Assembly: GCA_034520565.1 (NCBI GenBank)
Contig: JAXHNL010000002.1
Location: forward strand, 864,001 to 928,000
DNA length: 64,000 bases
Direction of reading: 5' to 3'
Origin: Halodesulfurarchaeum sp.
GTDB lineage: Archaea > Halobacteriota > Halobacteria > Halobacteriales > Halobacteriaceae
Below, in pieces: positions 34,651-43,675 of the stretch. The translations under genes and the position numbers were made by a program. The notes beneath the pieces were generated by a model that searched no databases, was not told the DNA's origin, and was given only the letters and a program-made list of their open reading frames with translations. Each line of letters opens with the position of its first letter. Positions within the stretch are counted from its first letter, which is position 1.

Positions 34651-37350
34651 ATGACAGCTGTCCCGATGACTGCCCAGGGGGCGAGAGACCAACTGTATGA
34701 AATCATCCGGAAAGAGTGTTCCTTCGAACAGAAGGCCCGGGAAGCACTCGATCTGGGACAGCGGTATCTCGATGCGGATAATGGACATCTCACACGAATC
34801 GATAGGGAAACCGATCACTGGGAGGTGCTCGTGAGTACCGATCCGGATGATGGGCGGTTCAAACCAGGTCTGGAACTCGATCTCGGGACGACTTACTGCC
34901 GTCATGTGATCGACGACAACGAACAGATAGCGCTTCACGACGCACCGAACCAGGGATGGGCCGAGGACCCTGCGTTCCAAACCCACGGTGTCCACTGCTA
35001 TATCGGGACGCCGTTGAACGTGGATGGGGAACCCTTCGGGACGGTGTGTTTCGTCTCCGAGGACCCACGCGAGCAGTTCAGCGACGATGAATTGATGTTC
35101 GCCGAACTTATCGCGAAATTGCTCGAACGCGAACTCGAACGGGAGCAGATCGAATCCGAACTCCTCCGGCAGACAAACCTCGCTATCGTCCTCAATCGAA
35201 TCCTTCGACACAATCTCCGTAATGATCTGGCTGTGATTCGGGGATTTACGCAGATGATGGTAGAGGAATTAGACGACCCCTCGTATGGCGAGACTGCAAT
35301 CGAGAACATCGACGACCTCATCGAACTCGCTGAAAAAGCCCGTCATTTGGACCGAAGTGTGGCCACTGACTACGAACGTCAACGTCTCTCGATTCCGAAC
35401 CTCGTCGAAGACATCGTCCGATCCGTCTCGTTAGCCTATCCCGACGCCACGTATTCTGTCGAATACGAGGAACCCGTTAAAGCGGCTGTCCAGCCAAACT
35501 TCGAACAGTCACTAACGGAGCTGATCGAAAACGCCGCCAAGCACGGGGGGAAGGCGCCGACTGTCACTGTGTCAGTCGAACTGGTGCCAAATGGCTTTCA
35601 GGTTCGAATTTCCGATGATGGCCCTGGGCTGGCCGATCACGAAGTTGACGTGCTCCAAACCGGATCCGAGACCCCGTTAACCCACGGGAGCGGGCTGGGA
35701 CTGTGGCTCGCTCACTGGATCGTAAGCAGTCATGACGGTTCTATCGAAGCCTCGATCACTGATGAAGGAACGACGATGACGGTTTCCGTCCCGAGAACTC
35801 CCACGTCGGGTGTTCAACAGCAACTGAGTAAACTTCGAAGGGCCCACGATCAGTATCAGGCGGCGTTCGTCGAGGCCAACGACGCGATGATCATTCTCAA
35901 TGATGATGCTCGAATCATCGATGCCAATCCCGAGGCGAGTACGATTTACGGGATGGAGGAAACGACGTTGCTCGGCCAACCATTGACCCGATTTTTTCCG
36001 GCCGACTTCGATTTCGAAAGCGCGTGGCAGGAGTTCAAAGTTGGCGAGCAGGCTCGTGACACAGTGACGATCATTGGTGCCGATGGGGTTGAACGTCAGG
36101 TGGAATATTCGGCGACAACTGATGTCGTCCCTGGTCAGCATCTGGTTGTGAGCCGTGATGTGACCAAACAACGAGAACGACAACAGGAATTACGGAGGAC
36201 GAAACAGCGGTTAGACCTCGCTCTCGAAGGAACTGACACAGGGGTGTGGGATTGGAATATGGAAACGGACGAAATCATCTGGGATGAAACGATGGAGCGC
36301 TTGTTCGGTCTCGAACCCGGTACGTTCGAAGGGACGTTCGACGCGTTCGTTGAGCGCATTCACCCGGACGACCGAGGAATGGTTGAAAACGCTATTGAAG
36401 GTGCCATTGAGCAAGGAAAGAGATACGAAGCCGAGTACCGGGTGCAGCGTGACGACGGCAAGGATATTTGGGGGCTTGCCAGAGGAGAAATGGTCTCCGA
36501 TGCGGCTTCGAAACGAATGGTCGGAATCGTCACCGACATCACCGAACACAAAGACCGCGAACGTGAGTTAGAAACGCTGAAAAACCGATACGAAGCTCTC
36601 CTTGACGCCGCGCCGGACCCGATTTTCGTGGCAGACGCAGAAAACGGGAAAATCACTCAAGTCAACCAAGCCGCTGAGACGTTGCTCGGAGAACCTCAAG
36701 AGGACATAATTGGCCGGCATCAATCCGATCTTCATCCGTCAGACCAGTCCGAGCAGTATCGCCAGCTATTCGAGGAGCAAGTCGAATCAGGAGGTGCTAG
36801 AAGAGAACTCCCGGATGGGTCACCCATTCTTTTGAAGACAAAAGACGGAAAGCAAATCCCAGTCGAAATCAATGCTAGTTCGGTCTCACTTCCCAACAGA
36901 ACAGTCATATTCGGTATTTTCCGCGACATCTCACGACGGGTCGAACGCGAAGCGGAACTAAAGACCCTGAAACGAGCGATGGATAAGGCACCGGTTGGAA
37001 TCACACTTACCGATCCTGGCAAGGATGACAATCCGATCGTTTATACAAACGAACAATTTCGTGCGTTGACTGGGTATGTCGAAGAGGGAATCATCGGCCG
37101 TAATTGCCGGTTCTTGCAGGGTGAGGAGACGGATCCCGAAACAGTGACCGGACTACGGGAGGCGATTGAAGCCCAGGAGCCGGTAACAGTGGTGATTCGA
37201 AACTACCGAAAAGACGGAACCAAGTTCTGGAACCGGCTCACCGTTGCACCGATTGCGGATGAATCAGGCGAGCTCATTCGCTATGTTGGTTTCCAAGAGG
37301 ATGTCACCGATCTACTCGACGGAAGAGAATACCTTAAAGAGACGAATTGA
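34651..37350 (+). CDS. Sensor kinase: GAF-HisKA-HATPase followed by three PAS domains and a C-terminal LOV domain
   Basis: GAF (YCRH, YIGTPL.VDGEPFGTVCF); H-box RHNLRNDL; ELIENA, DDGPG, GSGLGL; PAS repeats; LOV NPIVY.N..F..LTGY..GRNCRFLQG..NYRKDG..FWN. Confidence 0.92.
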   Translation: MTAVPMTAQGARDQLYEIIRKECSFEQKAREALDLGQRYLDADNGHLTRIDRETDHWEVLVSTDPDDGRFKPGLELDLGTTYCRHVIDDNEQIALHDAPNQGWAEDPAFQTHGVHCYIGTPLNVDGEPFGTVCFVSEDPREQFSDDELMFAELIAKLLERELEREQIESELLRQTNLAIVLNRILRHNLRNDLAVIRGFTQMMVEELDDPSYGETAIENIDDLIELAEKARHLDRSVATDYERQRLSIPNLVEDIVRSVSLAYPDATYSVEYEEPVKAAVQPNFEQSLTELIENAAKHGGKAPTVTVSVELVPNGFQVRISDDGPGLADHEVDVLQTGSETPLTHGSGLGLWLAHWIVSSHDGSIEASITDEGTTMTVSVPRTPTSGVQQQLSKLRRAHDQYQAAFVEANDAMIILNDDARIIDANPEASTIYGMEETTLLGQPLTRFFPADFDFESAWQEFKVGEQARDTVTIIGADGVERQVEYSATTDVVPGQHLVVSRDVTKQRERQQELRRTKQRLDLALEGTDTGVWDWNMETDEIIWDETMERLFGLEPGTFEGTFDAFVERIHPDDRGMVENAIEGAIEQGKRYEAEYRVQRDDGKDIWGLARGEMVSDAASKRMVGIVTDITEHKDRERELETLKNRYEALLDAAPDPIFVADAENGKITQVNQAAETLLGEPQEDIIGRHQSDLHPSDQSEQYRQLFEEQVESGGARRELPDGSPILLKTKDGKQIPVEINASSVSLPNRTVIFGIFRDISRRVEREAELKTLKRAMDKAPVGITLTDPGKDDNPIVYTNEQFRALTGYVEEGIIGRNCRFLQGEETDPETVTGLREAIEAQEPVTVVIRNYRKDGTKFWNRLTVAPIADESGELIRYVGFQEDVTDLLDGREYLKETN

Positions 37351-37561
37351 CGGCAGACTCTCTATTTACAAGATACGCGCGCTCTATTCAACACGCTCCG
37401 TGAGATCTAATCAGAGTCTGTCAGAAACCGGTTGCTGCATTCAGAGACGGTATCTATCAAGGGACGTTTCCGTTGAGTTCACTGATAGATGTAGTCACAC
37501 TTTGGACTGACCGAGAGTTTTTTCCGGCATTCTTGTGACAAGCCGGGGTGTGGATCAGACC

Positions 37562-38005
37562 ATGACAGAAAATGGCATAATAACGGGAGTAGACCACGTA
37601 GAACTCTACGTTACTGACTGGGACGACGCAGCAAGCTGGTACGAGCACGTATTGGGGGTTACGCCAGATACCTCATTCGAAGAGTGGTGGGAGACTGAAT
37701 CGGGACCATTGATGCTGTCCGTCGACGATACCACTAAATTGGCGCTGTTCGAACGAGAGTCGGCAAAGCGTGGAGAAGAGGTGAGCCCCCATCGAATCGC
37801 CTTCCAAACAGATGTCGATGGCTTCCTCTCGTTTATTGACCGGCTTGAGACACTCGATCTGACCGATCGTAACGGCGATGGGGTCACTCCCGAGGACGTG
37901 GTTGACCACGACCTCTCATACTCGCTGTACTTCACAGATCCTGACGGGAACTGGTTGGAACTGACAACGAACGACTACGATGCAGTGGCGACCCGTCTCA
38001 GGTGA
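37562..38005 (+). CDS. VOC/glyoxalase family protein
   Basis: GVDHVELYV.D, WYEHVLG, HRIAF, SLYFTDPDGNWLE. Confidence 0.88.
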   Translation: MTENGIITGVDHVELYVTDWDDAASWYEHVLGVTPDTSFEEWWETESGPLMLSVDDTTKLALFERESAKRGEEVSPHRIAFQTDVDGFLSFIDRLETLDLTDRNGDGVTPEDVVDHDLSYSLYFTDPDGNWLELTTNDYDAVATRLR

Positions 38006-38283
38006 TGCCGCCATGGAGACTCCGTATTGGCAAAACTGCTGGGTTCCGCTGCCGATTGATCCTACTGACGACTGACCATGATGAGTACGCTTCGGTAGCT
38101 GTGGCGTCCGGATTGGCAGGCTCCCTCGACCTCAAATAGGTTTTTTTTCGAAACTGACGGGAGAGTATGAACTGCTGTGTATGCGTGCTGTATTCAGCAC
38201 GAGATTTGACTAATGGATGTGATTTCACAATAGCAAACGTAGCATATTCACAGACAAAAATGTGACCGGCTGCAGGCTGTCAA

Positions 38284-38416
38284 CGCCGGCGGGGATTTGA
38301 ACCCGATGGCACATCTTCGCTTGCTCACGGTTCAACCGCTCGCATCCACGAGACGCTCGCTGCGCTCGCGTCTCGCACCGCTCGGATTTGCGTGGTTCAA
38401 CTCCTTCTTGCACGCA
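38284..38416. repeat. tRNA-Gly-derived palindromic element, copy A (with nested hairpin)
   Basis: 38288-38343 matches 39971-40026 with 3 mismatches and 38379-38400 equals 40029-40050; 35-bp insert at 38344-38378; right arm decayed. Confidence 0.9.
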
Positions 38417-38479
38417 TTGACTGTGTGTTAGCGCCATTGAGGAGCGGACACTGGGTGGGGAACTCCCGGTCCAACGGGA

Positions 38480-39628
38480 TCAGATCCCGGCGTTGGAGAG
38501 AATTGCAAAGATGTCCACTGCCTTGTATTCACGATACCGCTGTTTCCCAGTCGTCTCCTCCAGGATGCCCTTTGCTTCGAGCGCTGCGATCGCGTCCCGA
38601 GCCGTTTGATCGGACACATCGAGGAGTTCGACGACCGTTTTCGTATCGACGTATGGTTTTTGGAACAATCGCATGGCCAACCGGTCAGCGGCGGTTTTCT
38701 CGTGACCGTGCTCCCCCTCGTACTCCCGACGGAGGGCTCTCAATTCGCCGGTTCGTTCGAATGCCTGTTCTGCCTGCTCCGCGATTCCCCGAATGAAGAA
38801 CTCCAGCCACGGCTTCCACGCTCCCTCCTCGCTGACGGCCCGCATCCGACGAACGTACTCGACTTTATGCTTGTTGAAGTACGCACTCGGGTAGAGAAGC
38901 GGTTTGGTGAGATATTCGTTTTGGATCAGTTGCAGGGTAATGAGGATTCGACCCAACCGGCCGTTTCCATCTCCATAGGGGTGAATCGTCTCGATTTGGT
39001 AATGGACGATTCCACAGTTGACGAGATTGTGGTATTCGTTTCCCGTGTGAATATAGCGCTCCAGATTTTCCATCAGGCGGGGAACGTCCCGTGCAGGCGG
39101 CGGGATGAACCGCTCTTCAGCTGGAGACGGCGGTGGAATGTGTATCGGACCACGACGAAACTCGCCAACCTGTCTCGCTTCATCCCGTGCACCCTCTAAG
39201 AGTGTCTCGTGAAGACGGTGAAGGAGGGGGATCGTGATTTCACCAGTTCGTTGGACTTCTTCTGCGCCCGCTTGAATGGCCGTTTCATAATTGAGTGCCT
39301 CCTGGACGTCTTTCGCTGTCGTCTGTGTCGCGTCGATTTGGCTGGGCCTGAACAGCTCCTCGATGTCGATATCAGCCCCCTCGATGAGCACGGATTCCAC
39401 CGCCTCGCGACGGACCATCGTCGTATAGAGCAGCGGGCTGGTCGCTGCCTCTTCGCCGATCCCGCCCAATCGGCCCAGCTGGAAGATGGCATTTTCGAGT
39501 CCCTCTCGAATGTCCGGTGATACCTCGATCTCCTTTTTCGGGGGAAGTTCATCCGGTATATAATAGTTGCCCTCGCCAAAGTTGCGGTATTCCCCTGGCG
39601 CGATGTCCGGAAGAGACGTGCGTTCCAT
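38480..39628 (-). CDS. Fic-family protein (putative AMPylase) with C-terminal HTH
   Basis: Fic motif HPYGDGNGRLGR; inhibitory-type SVLIEG; C-terminal wHTH ending GILEETTGKQRYREY; alternative GTG start at 39637. Confidence 0.93.
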   Translation of the reverse strand: MERTSLPDIAPGEYRNFGEGNYYIPDELPPKKEIEVSPDIREGLENAIFQLGRLGGIGEEAATSPLLYTTMVRREAVESVLIEGADIDIEELFRPSQIDATQTTAKDVQEALNYETAIQAGAEEVQRTGEITIPLLHRLHETLLEGARDEARQVGEFRRGPIHIPPPSPAEERFIPPPARDVPRLMENLERYIHTGNEYHNLVNCGIVHYQIETIHPYGDGNGRLGRILITLQLIQNEYLTKPLLYPSAYFNKHKVEYVRRMRAVSEEGAWKPWLEFFIRGIAEQAEQAFERTGELRALRREYEGEHGHEKTAADRLAMRLFQKPYVDTKTVVELLDVSDQTARDAIAALEAKGILEETTGKQRYREYKAVDIFAILSNAGI

Positions 39629-39961
39629 TTGGGTCACTACCCGATTGGCAACTCTAACACAAAAATACTCGGGAATATTTTGTTAAAACCATCTCTAAAA
39701 CGGTAGGGATTTCAACGATGAATATGGGGGTACGGTTCTAATCAAAACGATCGGGGTTTGTTTTTCCCATCTCAGTGAGGTTGTGCTACGTTGGGTGGCA
39801 ACTCAATAAGGCAACTATTCTGCGGGAAATTTTGGTTAAATAAAGATAAAAGCACAAATAATTTGTACTTCGTTTTGGCCACCTATCCTCCTAACCAAAA
39901 TCGTCTTGGGCCCGTTCCGCAGCAGAACGATCGCGGGTCGCTCGACGGATTGGGTTGGTGA

Positions 39962-40066
39962 AAATGCGCTGGCGGGGATTTGAACCCGATGGCAAATCTT
40001 CGCTTGCTCGCGGTTCCACCGCTCGCTGCGCTCGGATTTGCGTGGTTCAAATCCCCGCTAGCGCAT
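39962..40066. repeat. tRNA-Gly-derived palindromic element, copy B
   Basis: 39962-39987 identical to 40131-40156; inverted arm 40044-40066 pairs 22/23 with 39964-39986; inner stems GCAAATC/GATTTGC and GCGG/CCGC; core CTCGCTGCGCTCG. Confidence 0.92.
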
Positions 40067-40133
40067 CCATCAGCCGAATTCACGGCTCGCAACACAGCAA
40101 GCTGGTTGCTCGCCGGTAAACGTCTCGGAGAAA

Positions 40134-40204
40134 TGCGCTGGCGGGGATTTGAACCCCGGTTGTGACCATGGCAAGGTCACGTGATACCACTACACTACCA
40201 GCGC
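40134..40204 (-). tRNA. tRNA-Gly (anticodon GCC)
   Basis: GCGCTGGTAGTGTAGTGGTATCACGTGACCTTGCCATGGTCACAACCGGGGTTCAAATCCCCGCCAGCGCA folds as a cloverleaf; no intron and no encoded CCA. Confidence 0.97.
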
Positions 40205-40262
40205 TTGCCTTGCAATCCACACTCTGACACCCACGGGAAAAACCCTTTCGAAACCGCCGGGT

Positions 40263-40472
40263 TCACTCCGGGCCGCCCTCACGTCGCTCGATCTCCTGCT
40301 CTAACTCCCGCACCCGCTTCTCGAGATCGGCGAACCGCGACTCGTCCACCCGCCGCCGCCCGAACAGATCCCTGGCGAGCAGGAGCACCCCGATGACCGC
40401 GAGCAACGGCAACACGAAGAGCAACAGAATTACGCCGATCTCGATCCCGCCCGGAACGGCCAGTGGGAGCAT
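40263..40472 (-). CDS. Small single-pass membrane protein (TatA-like N-terminus, coiled-coil tail)
   Basis: PGGIEIGVILLLF transmembrane segment then FADLEKRVRELEQEIE; TATA-like sequence at ~40497. Confidence 0.65.
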   Translation of the reverse strand: MLPLAVPGGIEIGVILLLFVLPLLAVIGVLLLARDLFGRRRVDESRFADLEKRVRELEQEIERREGGPE

Positions 40473-40780
40473 GGCGGGACTCGGGACCGACTCCTCTTAA
40501 AGCCATTTGCGAGCCACGGAGCCCACGCGGCCCGCCGCACTGGTCTTGAGGCGCTGGGGCCGTTTGAATGCCGCTCCTGCTGACATATTCTCCACACGCA
40601 CACGGGTGACTTTGTATACTAGCGCACCCGATGGTCTCCGATGACCGTGACAAAACACCCCGAAACGCCCGAAATCGTACGTGAAACCGACTCACACTCC
40701 CGGAATGAAACGCCACCCTTATATGGGCGTGTTGAAAAGGAACGCCACAGTCTCATGGCGAGACGCGGACGCGGGCCGGC

Positions 40781-41653
40781 ATGACACGGAGCGTACTCGT
40801 GCCGTCGTCCATCGTCCGGGAGACCACCGACAAACGGGCTGCAACCCTCAAACTGGGTTATGTCGCCCGCGCGGCGGCGGTCTTTGGGATCGATCGACTC
40901 GGGGTCTTTTCGGACCCCGAGGGGATCACGCACTTGGACGGCGGGTTCGTCGAGACCGTCCTCCGGTACGCCGCGACACCGCCCTCCCTCCGAAAGGAGG
41001 TATTCGGGACGCGGGACGAACTGGAGTACGCCGGTGTCCTTCCGCCGCTTCGCCTTTCGTCATGGACCGGCTCCGAATCGAGCGGTTCGGGGTCGATACG
41101 TCAGGGAGTAGTGACCCAGGTCGGATCTGACGGGCGCGTTTGGGTCAATTGCGGTCTGCAACACCCAGTCTCGCTCCACGTGCCGTCCTCGATGACGGTC
41201 GTGGAGGGGGAACGCGTGACCATCAGGGTCTCTTCGCGAGAACCGGTCCGCGCGAAACTCGTCGACGAACCCGTTCCGGGTTTCGTCGTCGAAGGCGTGG
41301 ACCTCCGGGACGCTCTCACCCGTTCGGACGCCGGATTCCGGGTCGCCACCTCCCGCCACGGGACGCCACTCACGGTGTCTATGGCGGGCGAGTTGGCGGC
41401 CCGAGGCGTCGCGGACGGACTGACCGTCGCGTTTGGGGCGCCGGGTCGTGGCCTGCCAGAAATCCTCGGACTCGATCCGAGCGAGTTGGCGGCCGACTCG
41501 GGCCCCCCGTCGGCCAGCGAGACCCGTCCCACCACCGATCAACCGGGCGGATTCGACGCCTGGCTGAATACTATCCCGGACCAGGGCAGCGAGGTAGTGA
41601 GAACGGAAGAAGCGATGTTCGTCTCCCTCGCACACCTGACGCTCACGGAGTGA
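40781..41653 (+). CDS. SPOUT RNA methyltransferase (DUF171/C9orf114-like)
   Basis: KLGYVARAAAVF, LRYAATPP.LRK, AGVLPPL, FGAPGRGL, NTIPDQGSEVVRTEEA; conserved position upstream of rpl3. Confidence 0.9.
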   Translation: MTRSVLVPSSIVRETTDKRAATLKLGYVARAAAVFGIDRLGVFSDPEGITHLDGGFVETVLRYAATPPSLRKEVFGTRDELEYAGVLPPLRLSSWTGSESSGSGSIRQGVVTQVGSDGRVWVNCGLQHPVSLHVPSSMTVVEGERVTIRVSSREPVRAKLVDEPVPGFVVEGVDLRDALTRSDAGFRVATSRHGTPLTVSMAGELAARGVADGLTVAFGAPGRGLPEILGLDPSELAADSGPPSASETRPTTDQPGGFDAWLNTIPDQGSEVVRTEEAMFVSLAHLTLTE

Positions 41654-41657
41654 TACG

Positions 41658-42671
41658 ATGCCACAACCAGACCGACCACGCAAAGGCTCGATGGGGTTCA
41701 GCCCCCGCAAGCGCGCCCGGAGTGTCGTGCCACGATTCGGCTCGTGGCCCGACGACGACGGGCAGGTGGGCCTGCAGGGATTTGCCGGCTACAAGGCAGG
41801 CATGTCCCACGTCGTCATGGTCGACGACCAGGCGAACTCACCGACGGAGGGCATGGAGACGACCGTGCCCGTCACCGTCGTGGAGACCCCACCAATGCGC
41901 GTTGCAGCGGTGCGTGTCTACCAGGACACGACCTACGGACAGAAACCCCTCACCGAGGTCTGGGCGGAGAACGCCCATCCAGACCTCGATCGAGCCGTCT
42001 CCATACCGGACGGTGCACAGGACGAGAACAGAGAAACGCTCACCGCGGCCCTCGAGGCCGGGGACGTCGACGACGTTCGCGTCGTCTCCTACACGGTCCC
42101 CGCCGAGGTCCCAAGCGTGCCGCGAACGAAGCCCGACGTGATGGAAAACCGCGTCGGTGGCGGCACGATCGGCGACCGGGTCGAGTTCGCCCTCGACCTG
42201 CTCGATACGGACGGCAGTTTCGAATTCGGTGACGTGTTCCGCGCCGGGGAGTTCCTCGACGTGGCCGGCGTCACCAAGGGACAGGGCCTGCAGGGCCCCG
42301 TCAAGCGCTGGGGCGTCCAGAAACGAAAGGGCAAACACGCCCGCCAGGGCTGGCGTCGCCGCATCGGCAACCTCGGCCCGTGGAACCCGAGCCGCGTTCG
42401 TTCGACGGTTCCCCAGCAGGGCCAGACCGGCTACCACCAGCGGACCGAACTCAACAAGCGCCTGATCGAATTCGGCGACGAAGACGACGTGACCGTCGAC
42501 GGTGGCTTCCCCAACTACGGGGAGATCGAGGGCCCCTACGCCCTCATCGAGGGTTCGGTTCCGGGTCCGGAGAAGCGACTCGTTCGCTTCCGCCCCGCCG
42601 TCAGGCCGAACAAGTCCCCGCGCCTCGATCCCGAGGTGCGCTACGTGAGCACCGCCTCGAACCAAGGATAA
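41658..42671 (+). CDS. rpl3: 50S ribosomal protein L3 (uL3)
   Basis: PRKGSMGFSPRKRA, GYKAGMSH, GPVKRWG, GQTGYHQRTE. Confidence 0.98.
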   Translation: MPQPDRPRKGSMGFSPRKRARSVVPRFGSWPDDDGQVGLQGFAGYKAGMSHVVMVDDQANSPTEGMETTVPVTVVETPPMRVAAVRVYQDTTYGQKPLTEVWAENAHPDLDRAVSIPDGAQDENRETLTAALEAGDVDDVRVVSYTVPAEVPSVPRTKPDVMENRVGGGTIGDRVEFALDLLDTDGSFEFGDVFRAGEFLDVAGVTKGQGLQGPVKRWGVQKRKGKHARQGWRRRIGNLGPWNPSRVRSTVPQQGQTGYHQRTELNKRLIEFGDEDDVTVDGGFPNYGEIEGPYALIEGSVPGPEKRLVRFRPAVRPNKSPRLDPEVRYVSTASNQG

Positions 42672-42673
42672 TC

Positions 42674-43423
42674 ATGCAGGTACCACTCAAAGCCCTGGAC
42701 GGCGAGGACCTCGATGAGATCGACCTTCCGTCGGTCTTCGAGGAGCCGGTCCGCACGGATCTCATCCGGCAGGCCGTCACCGCCGCCCAGGCCAACCGCC
42801 GACAGGACTACGGCGCCGACGAGCTGGCCGGAATGCGAACGTCCGGTGAATCCTTCGGGAGCGGGCGTGGGATGGCCCACGTTCCACGATCGGAGGGCAC
42901 CGGCGTTCGGGTTCCCAACACCGTCGGGGGCCGCACGGCCCACCCGCCGAAAGTCGAGACGGATCGCACGCGAACTATCAACGACAAGGAGCGACAGGCA
43001 GCGGTCCGCAGCGCCCTCGCGGCGACGACGGACCCGGAACTGGTCGCCGAACGCGGTCACCAGTTCGACGCCGAGACGCTCCCGATCGTCCTCAAGGACG
43101 ACTTCGAGGACCTGGAGAAGACCCAGGAGGCCCTCGCAGCGCTCGAAGCTGTCGGCGTCGATGCCGACATCGCTCGCGCCGACGAGGGGCGGACGATTCG
43201 GGCCGGTCAGGGCAAACGCCGTGGTCGCAAGTACCGGCGTCCCGCCTCCGTGCTCGTGGTCACCGCAAGCGAGTCCGGCCCGTCGCGGGCCGCTCGCAAC
43301 CTCGCCGGCGTCACCGTGGCGACCGGTCGAGAGGTGAACGCCGAGGACCTCGCACCGGGCGGTGAGCCCGGCCGACTGACGGTCTTCACCGAAAGTGCCC
43401 TCGCGGAGGTGGCCGAGCGATGA
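42674..43423 (+). CDS. rpl4: 50S ribosomal protein L4 (uL4)
   Basis: AGMRTSGESFGSGRG, GGRTAHPP, LAPGG.PGRLTVFTE. Confidence 0.97.
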   Translation: MQVPLKALDGEDLDEIDLPSVFEEPVRTDLIRQAVTAAQANRRQDYGADELAGMRTSGESFGSGRGMAHVPRSEGTGVRVPNTVGGRTAHPPKVETDRTRTINDKERQAAVRSALAATTDPELVAERGHQFDAETLPIVLKDDFEDLEKTQEALAALEAVGVDADIARADEGRTIRAGQGKRRGRKYRRPASVLVVTASESGPSRAARNLAGVTVATGREVNAEDLAPGGEPGRLTVFTESALAEVAER

Positions 43424-43674
43424 CGAGCGTTATCGACCACCCGCTGGTGACGGAGAAGGCCATGAACGACATGGACTTCGAGAACAAGCTCCAGTTCCGC
43501 GTGGACATCGACGCGACGAAGACCGAGGTTCGCGAGGAAGTCGAGAACCGCTACGACGTCGAGGTCATCGACGTGAACACCATGATCACCATGAAGGGAA
43601 CGAAAAAGGCGATCGTCACGCTTTCCGAAGCCGACGAAGCACAGGACGTCGCCTCCAGAATCGGGGTGTTCTGA
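43420..43674 (+). CDS. rpl23: 50S ribosomal protein L23 (uL23)
   Basis: PLVTEKAM, NKLQF.V, KKAIVTL. Confidence 0.97.
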   Translation: MTSVIDHPLVTEKAMNDMDFENKLQFRVDIDATKTEVREEVENRYDVEVIDVNTMITMKGTKKAIVTLSEADEAQDVASRIGVF

Positions 43675-43675
43675 G

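Larger units (their letters stand above)
34107..40066. mobile_element. Putative genomic islet at the tRNA-Gly 3' end (no integrase seen; left border approximate)
   Basis: Visibly lower GC and long intergenic tracts from ~34.1 kb; accessory cargo and gene remnants; copies of the tRNA 3' end at 38284 and 39962. Confidence 0.55.

Noticed and set aside
37348-38201. Short inverted repeats (AGACTCT/AGAGTCT, ATCTATCA/TGATAGAT, CGTGCTG/CAGCACG) as insertion-sequence ends
   Set aside because: Only 7-8 bp, with no transposase fragment or target duplication identifiable by eye.
38284-40066. Additional tRNA genes, split tRNAs or intron-containing tRNAs
   Set aside because: Only the T-arm and 3' acceptor strand are present; there is no D-arm or anticodon arm, so these are treated as repeats.
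40263-40472. tatA
   Set aside because: It has the PGG.E N-terminus but lacks the FG..K.P hinge and amphipathic helix typical of TatA.
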